A DNA stretch of 14,020 bases. Source: Octopus sinensis (lineage: Eukaryota). Below the pieces are notes generated by a model, which saw only the letters and a program-made list of their open reading frames with translations, was not told where the DNA came from and searched no databases. A program made the position numbers and the translations under genes. The DNA is taken from assembly GCF_006345805.1 (NCBI RefSeq), contig NW_021825889.1, positions 1 through 14,020 of the forward strand, read 5' to 3'. Shown in pieces: positions 8,640 through 14,020 of the stretch; position 1 is the stretch's first letter; the number at the start of each line of letters is the position of its first letter.

Positions 8640-8727
8640 TATTCAGATCTAAAAATAATCAATATTTTTAAGATATAAATTTAAAATGACTAAAAAATAT
8701 AAATAAAATAAATTTATCAATGAAAAA

Positions 8728-8763
8728 TATATATATAATCTATATATAATCTATATATAATCA
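8728..8763 (+). repeat. Short tandem repeat, about 3 x atatataatct
   Basis: Directly visible inside the PLE 3' region. Confidence 0.7.
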
Positions 8764-9049
8764 AGAACTAAAATAACCTCTATAAACTATTGAATATAAT
8801 GAAACCTAGTATTTAAGTTCTCATATTTAAAGATGAAGAATCTAATTTCAAAACAAAAAGCAAAAATAAAATATATATACACACATGCTCATACACATAT
8901 ATCTAAGTATATATATAAAAACATATCTAAATACATACACTAACTCCAAGAATATATGGAAAATTCGAAGGAAGAAGTCCAAATTAAAATCCAAATGTGA
9001 AAATTAACATATACATCCCAAAGCTGTTTCAGGAACAGAGTGATAAGAG

Positions 9050-9106
9050 TAGATATCGATTTAAAATCCATTCCAGTATCCATATTTCCTTCATCAGGGA
9101 TATCTA
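9050..9106 (-). ncRNA. Degenerate second hammerhead-like motif in the PLE 3' region
   Basis: CUGAUGA is intact (9091-9097) and flanked by an 8-bp inverted repeat (tagatatc 9050-9057 / gatatcta 9099-9106). The GAAA box reads GAAU and stem II is weak. Confidence 0.35.
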
Positions 9107-9463
9107 TATCTTGTATGGATCACATCTGGTATTTTTGTTCATAAATGTCAAAGTTCAATTACACTATACCAGTTTGTATTTTATATAAAATCGATTGGAT
9201 GAAAAATGAGTTGAATAGAAATAAAATAATTAAGATAAATTTAAAATATATGGTGGAGGTAAAATTAAATATATAAGTTTCCCGGAAATTATTCTAGAAG
9301 TGAAATGATTTTTCTCTCTTTTCATTTTTTTTGTTTTTTATTCATTACAGATTTATTGTTACTTAATGAAAGAATTTAAATGTGCATAAAATGATCATTA
9401 TTCCATAACTATTTTATTGATGAGAAACTCTTTATGGATTTTTTGTTATTTAACAATTATTTG

Positions 9464-10340
9464 TTATTTATATGTGGAGAGGTATTTATGCCTACATGAA
9501 GTGGTAAGATTGGAGAATTTGCTTAGCATTATCTTCTTATTTAGACATAGTATATTGATTGATTCTTTTGTACATAACCTACAGTTTGTGTATATGAATT
9601 ATAAGGAGAGGTTCCAGTAACTACTGATCATATTAATTTATAGTTAATATTTTGCATTTTTAGAAGGTTAACATATGTTACTAGTGATGAGGAAAATTTA
9701 GTTTTAGGGTTAATAAATGAATTCATGTGCACTCAGTATCTAGTTTTAAAATCGGCTGTGCTCCCGATATATGTTTTAGATTGGTTAGGGTTAGATGTTA
9801 GTACTTGGCATTTATAGACTAGGTTCTTTTGTTAAATAAGGGGCAGTATTCAGGCTTGCAGAAGTTGCATGCTTTTTGCCTCATGTGGGTTTTAAATCAT
9901 TGTCCCAAATAATTTGCATTGATTTGGTTAGATTCCAAATTACTGAGAAACTGTGTTTATTTCATTAATCACATCCATTTGACTTGTCTGGGTAGGATTT
10001 ATAACCCCTTGTTGTTGTGATTCACCAATTATATTTCTTCTTGTATTATCATTAAGTAAAATATTATTGTTGGGCTCCAGATCAGAGATTTCCCATAGAG
10101 AAACTTTACCTAATGAATGGTTTCTAAGCTTATATCTATTATTAGCTGCTATAACTGACCCTAGATTTGGTGTAGTGGAGTACAATATCTTTATACAAGA
10201 TTTATTAAATATAGAATAATACTTATGGTTTTGTGGAAAGGTTTTTGCTAAGATTTTAAAAAATAAGCTGGGGAAGTTTCTAATTTGAAGAGAGAAGGAC
10301 GAGGTAAACCATATGGTTTCCCATTTTCTAGAAGAGGTTT
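9464..10340 (-). pseudogene. PLE ORF C-terminus: RT thumb, N/Q/S-rich linker, Cys motif and GIY-YIG endonuclease
   Basis: ETIWFTSSFS...LAKTFPQNHKYYSIFNKSCIKILYSTTPNLGSVIAANN, then CNFCKPEYCPL, NLVYKCQV...KTYIGSTADFKTRY*VHMNSF (YIG at 9763-9771) and CRLCTKE...CRHKYLSTYK* (stop at 9464-9466). Several stops and frameshifts. Confidence 0.9.
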
Positions 10341-10794
10341 TATTGCCTGATTATTTATATTGAATTTCTTAGTGGGTTTATGCCAATAGTTATGATTTTG
10401 TCGAATTCGATGAATCTAGCATATATGGTAAGAATGTTGTTCAAATGAATCATTCAACATACCATATATGGAGTAAAATTCTCCTTATTCATTATCCGCC
10501 ACCCACAATACACACAGATACAGGTTGGTGAACATATAGAAAGGTGTGCTAGGAATCTTAATCCCAATTTTCTAATTTTCCCCTTCCCTCAATGTTCACA
10601 GAACACCTCAGTACAACAAAGAATGCATGAAGAGGCAACTTTCACCAATAAATATCTTCCACACCTCAATATGAACACATAACATAATACAGAACACTAC
10701 TAACCTTTCAATTAATACCACTAACCCCCATACATCCCATACACCATTTACATTTCATTTCTGTATCTACCCTAATTGCACCAAATCTAGAACT

Positions 10795-10803
10795 ACTTAC
10801 CTC
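10795..10803 (-). other. Consensus 5' splice donor (GAG|GTAAGT); a possible small downstream exon ends at 10801
   Basis: Perfect donor in non-repetitive sequence on the same strand as the TM exon. No convincing acceptor or frame was found. Confidence 0.2.
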
Positions 10804-11177
10804 CCATACACATAATCGTCTTACTCAGTGACTAATAGACCTGACACCGTTCATTAATTGATGTGCATTCAAAGCAATGATTAGTAAATTCACAAAACCG
10901 GTATGCTTTTGCATCTCTTTAACAATTCACAATAATGGCTTTTATTACTTTTATTCCTACCTCAGTTCATCTGATTGTATAAATCTATCGTTACTTTCCA
11001 TAAAAAGCCATTATTTTTTTTGATTTCCAATGTGCATTTTTGCTTATTTTTCTTCTTACTTTCCCTCTAAATATATATATATATACACACATGTATACAC
11101 GTGCACGTACACACACACACACACATACACACATTGTTGTGATAAATAAAGCTTTATAATATGAAAAACATACAAAC

Positions 11178-11282
11178 CTCTTCTTTTGTAGAATATATAA
11201 GTAAGAAGACCCATTATTATTAATAATAATACAATTCCGACAGTGCAACCAATAATTATTTCCATAGGGATTTCTTGCTTTT
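11178..11282 (-). CDS. Internal exon encoding the transmembrane helix of a single-pass (type I-like) membrane protein
   Basis: Acceptor tttttaatacatcttttcag| and donor G|gtttgt bound 105 nt, phase 1 on both sides. The exon encodes (E)KQEIPMEIIIGCTVGIVLLLIIMGLLTYIFYKRR: about 24 hydrophobic residues followed by a basic stop-transfer KRR. Confidence 0.72.
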
Positions 11283-11391
11283 CTGAAAAGATGTATTAAA
11301 AAGACCATGAATTATTACATCAATATATATATAGTAAGTATAATGAAGAATTTTTCATTACTCATGTGTCTCATTTTATTGGGGTACACAA

Positions 11392-13735
11392 CTCATCATC
11401 ATTATCATCATTATCATTTAACATCCATTTTCCATTCTGGCATGGGTGGAATGGTTTGAGTGAGGTCTGGAGAGTCAGTAGCTGCACCAGGCTCCAATCT
11501 GATCTGCCATTGTTTCTACAGCAGGATGCCCTTCCTAATGCTAACCTCTCTGAGAGTGTAGTGGGGGCCATCAGCACAGGTGCCAGTTAGGTGGGCCTGG
11601 CATTGATCATGTTCAGATAGTACTTTTTACGTGCCACCAGCACAGGAGCCAGTCAGGGGTTTCTGGCATCGGCCACATTTGGATGGTGTTTTTACATGCC
11701 ACCAGCATAGGAGCCAGTCATGCGATCCTGGAATCAATCACGTTCAGATAGTGCTTTTTATGTGCCACTGATACGGGAGCCAGTCAGAGGGTACTAGCAT
11801 CAACCTCGTTTGGATGATGTTTTTTATGCTCCACCAGCATGGGAGCCAATTAGGCAGACCTGGCATTGACCACGTTCAGATGGTGTTTTTTACATGCTAC
11901 CAGCATGAGAGTCAGTGAGAGGACACTGGCATAGACCATGTTCAGATGGTGCATTTTATGTGCCACGGGAACAGGAGCCAGTCAGGAGGCACTGGGCACA
12001 GCTACAATTTTAGTTTTACTTGACTCAACAGGACTTCTCAAGCATAGCATATCACCCAACGCATCAAGGGTACTCTTAAATGGACTGGACATGCAACACT
12101 GGCATCGGCCATGGCAGTGATCTCACTTCAGTTGCCAGGTTTTCTCAATCACAGCATATCTCCAAAGGTCTTAGTCTCCTGTCATTGCCACTATGAGGCC
12201 CAGTGTTCAAAGGTCATGCTTCACCACCTCATCATATGTCTTCCCGAGTCTACCTCTACCACAGGTTCCTTCCACAGTTAGGGTGTGGCACTTCCTCACA
12301 CAACTGTGCTCATCCTTATGTAACACATGACCATATCAGCGGTGTCGTCTCTCTTGCACACCACATCTGATGTTTCTTATGTCCAACTTTTCTCTCAGGG
12401 TGCTTACATTCTGTCATATATGCACACTGGCATTACACATCCAGTGGACCATACTAGCTTAATTTCTTTCAAGCCTACGCATGTCCTCTACATTCATAGC
12501 CCATGTTTCACTGCTGTGTAGCATGGCAGTTCGCACACATGCATCATACAGTCTACCTTTCACCCTGAGTGAGAGGCCCTTAGTTGCCAGCAAAAATAGG
12601 AGCTCTCTGAACTTTTCCCAGGCTATTCTTATTCTAGCCATGACAATGTCAGAGCAACCACCCCACTACAGATTTGGTTGCCTAGTTAGCGGAAGATATC
12701 AACTACTTCTAGTATTCCCTCCTTACATGTGATGGAATATGTTTTCTGTACATATTCAGTGTTTAATGCTCCTGTGTTTAATCTTCAGTGTTTAATGCAC
12801 AAAAACTATCTTCCCAGTTAACCTTCCTTTGATATTGCTGCACCTTTTATGTGTCCATTGATTACATCGGGTACATCATATGGAGTTTCTACCTATGCAT
12901 TTTCTAAAGATTGAGCAGGGCCATCTACCCGAAGTGGTTTGTGATTTTTCATCCTCCTTACTTACAAAAACTTTGGTTTTTGCTAGGTTAACCCTAAGGC
13001 TCTTCAATTCTAGACCTTGCTTCCACACCCTAAACTCTGTCTCTAGTTCTAGCAGTGACTCGGCTATTAGAGCATGGTCATCAGCATAGAGGAGCCTGTC
13101 TTGAATTCCTCTGTTATTGCCTGGTGGACTATAATGAATAAGAGGGGACTGAGGACTGATCCCTGGTGAACCTGTACTTCTACCTGGAATTATCCACTAT
13201 ACTCGTTGCCAACTCTCATCTTACTGACTGCATCCCTGTACAGCTCTTATCAACCACTTGTCCATCCTCAGTTTTCCCATTGACCATCAGATAAGGTATC
13301 AGGGGACCCTGTTATAAGCTTTCTCCAAGTCAACAAAAGCCAAGTACAGAGGTTTATATTTGGCCAGATATTTCTCCTGCAGTTGCCTTACCAGAGATAT
13401 AGCATCAGTGGTGCTTCTGCTTGGCACAAAACCAAACTGCATCTTATCTAGGCTAACTCTCTCCATAATTAGTTGGGCTGTGACCCTCCCCGTAACTTTC
13501 ATCACCTGATCCAATAATCTGAAACTACCTGATTTACGATGTGGATGACAAGACCATAATCCACACCACCTGATATTTTAAGCATCTCAGCAGTGATTAC
13601 TTATGGGACAGGTGCTTCTCCTGTTTTCATATCCTTAATTGCTTTATCTACCAGGGTACTATCAATTTTTATAGTGTTTCATTTTATTACACTTCTGTTT
13701 TCCTTTCCACCACACATTTAATTCAACAAAAATGT
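11392..13735 (-). mobile_element. 5'-truncated RTE-clade LINE (RT, C-terminal region, long 3' UTR with tandem array, (GAT)n tail)
   Basis: DKAIKDMKTG...EMLKISGG, MQFGFVPSRSTTDAI...FVDLEKAYNRVP, VHQGSVLSPLLF, LYADD, LRVNLAKTKV, LEVVDIFR*LG, RIRIAWEKF...LHSSETW. The stop is at 12123-12125. Multiple stops and frameshifts. Confidence 0.95.
11568..11997. repeat. Tandem array of about 6.5 units of about 66 bp in the RTE 3' UTR
   Basis: The recurring unit is gtgccaccagcac-ggagccagtcag...ctggcat...cacgttcagatggtgttttta, with units starting near 11568, 11630, 11695, 11762, 11828, 11895 and 11960. Confidence 0.9.
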
Positions 13736-13744
13736 CTTTCCATT

Positions 13745-13945
13745 ATAATCCCCTAAAAGCAATAGATTTCTCAGCTCATGTTGCACATCCAACAAATGGT
13801 ATTAATCTAATGCCTACCAGTGCTCATATCATGTTTCCATGCATCATTCAAATCCCCACAAATACACCAAGCAATATGCCTCTTAAACAAAGCTGCAAAT
13901 TTTTGAATTTTTTGTATTCAATTGCAACCAAAGTTGTTATAGAGT
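13745..13945 (-). mobile_element. Old RTE C-terminal fragment
   Basis: Weak translated similarity: KKF..., MMHGNMI*AL (cf. MLHGSETWAL) and TICWMCNMS (cf. MVHWMCNAS in the 11392-13735 copy). Confidence 0.5.
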
Positions 13946-14020
13946 CACTAGAAATGGAGAAAGCCTTTGACAAGATCCCCTGCTCCTTAATCTGGTAGCC
14001 AATGTAGAAGCTAGTGATAG
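13946..14020 (+). mobile_element. RTE RT fragment on the plus strand, running off the window
   Basis: LEMEKAFDKIPCSLIW*PM*KL corresponds to the RT motif A region (D.EKAFD.VP...IW). Confidence 0.75.

Larger units (their letters stand above)
8482..10340 (-). mobile_element. 5'-truncated Penelope-like retroelement with C-terminal GIY-YIG endonuclease and hammerhead-bearing 3' region
   Basis: Coding remnant at 9464-10340, about 1 kb of AT-rich 3' region with a hammerhead at 8594-8639, ending in (TA)n at about 8482-8492. Confidence 0.9.

Noticed and set aside
9640-9740. In-frame TGA codons in the PLE ORF as possible selenocysteines (as reported for Naiad PLEs)
   Set aside because: They fall at positions expected to be Trp or Arg (TGG or CGA to TGA), the copy has frameshifts, and the endonuclease is C-terminal rather than Naiad-type.
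10306-10319. 14-bp perfect palindrome aaaccatatggttt
   Set aside because: It lies within PLE coding remnant, has no context suggesting function, and is plausibly chance.
11568-11997. Regular repeat array superficially like a CRISPR
   Set aside because: Units are contiguous diverged tandem repeats without unique spacers, inside a eukaryotic LINE 3' UTR, and there are no cas genes.
13079-13085. Minus-strand CUGAUGA
   Set aside because: It is simply the coding sequence of the RT YADD motif, with no hammerhead stems.

Overview
AT-rich, repeat-dominated animal genomic DNA. The SINE and LINE types resemble those I recall from octopod cephalopods; that assignment is inference and was not checked against a database. 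Most of the window is nested or decayed mobile DNA separated by (TA)n, (CA)n and (CAT)n microsatellites: several RTE-clade LINE fragments (one with a 5' inversion, one with a PHD-like Cys/His insert in its RT), two tandem 3' ends of REL-endonuclease (R4/Dong-like) LINEs, tRNA-derived SINE pieces, Helitron-like ends, and Penelope-like elements (PLEs). The largest PLE (8482-10340, minus) keeps a pseudogenised thumb plus GIY-YIG region and a near-canonical minimal type I hammerhead ribozyme (8594-8639). A decayed hammerhead lies at 2779-2816, with weaker candidates at 9050-9106 and 6303-6350. The only convincing host-gene sequence is a 105-nt phase-1/phase-1 exon (11178-11282, minus) encoding a single-pass transmembrane helix followed by KRR. 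Most ORFs in the supplied track are microsatellite read-through or antisense shadows of TEs. I found no evidence of a wholly new system; the best leads are the ribozymes, the PHD-like RT insert and the rearrangement junctions.
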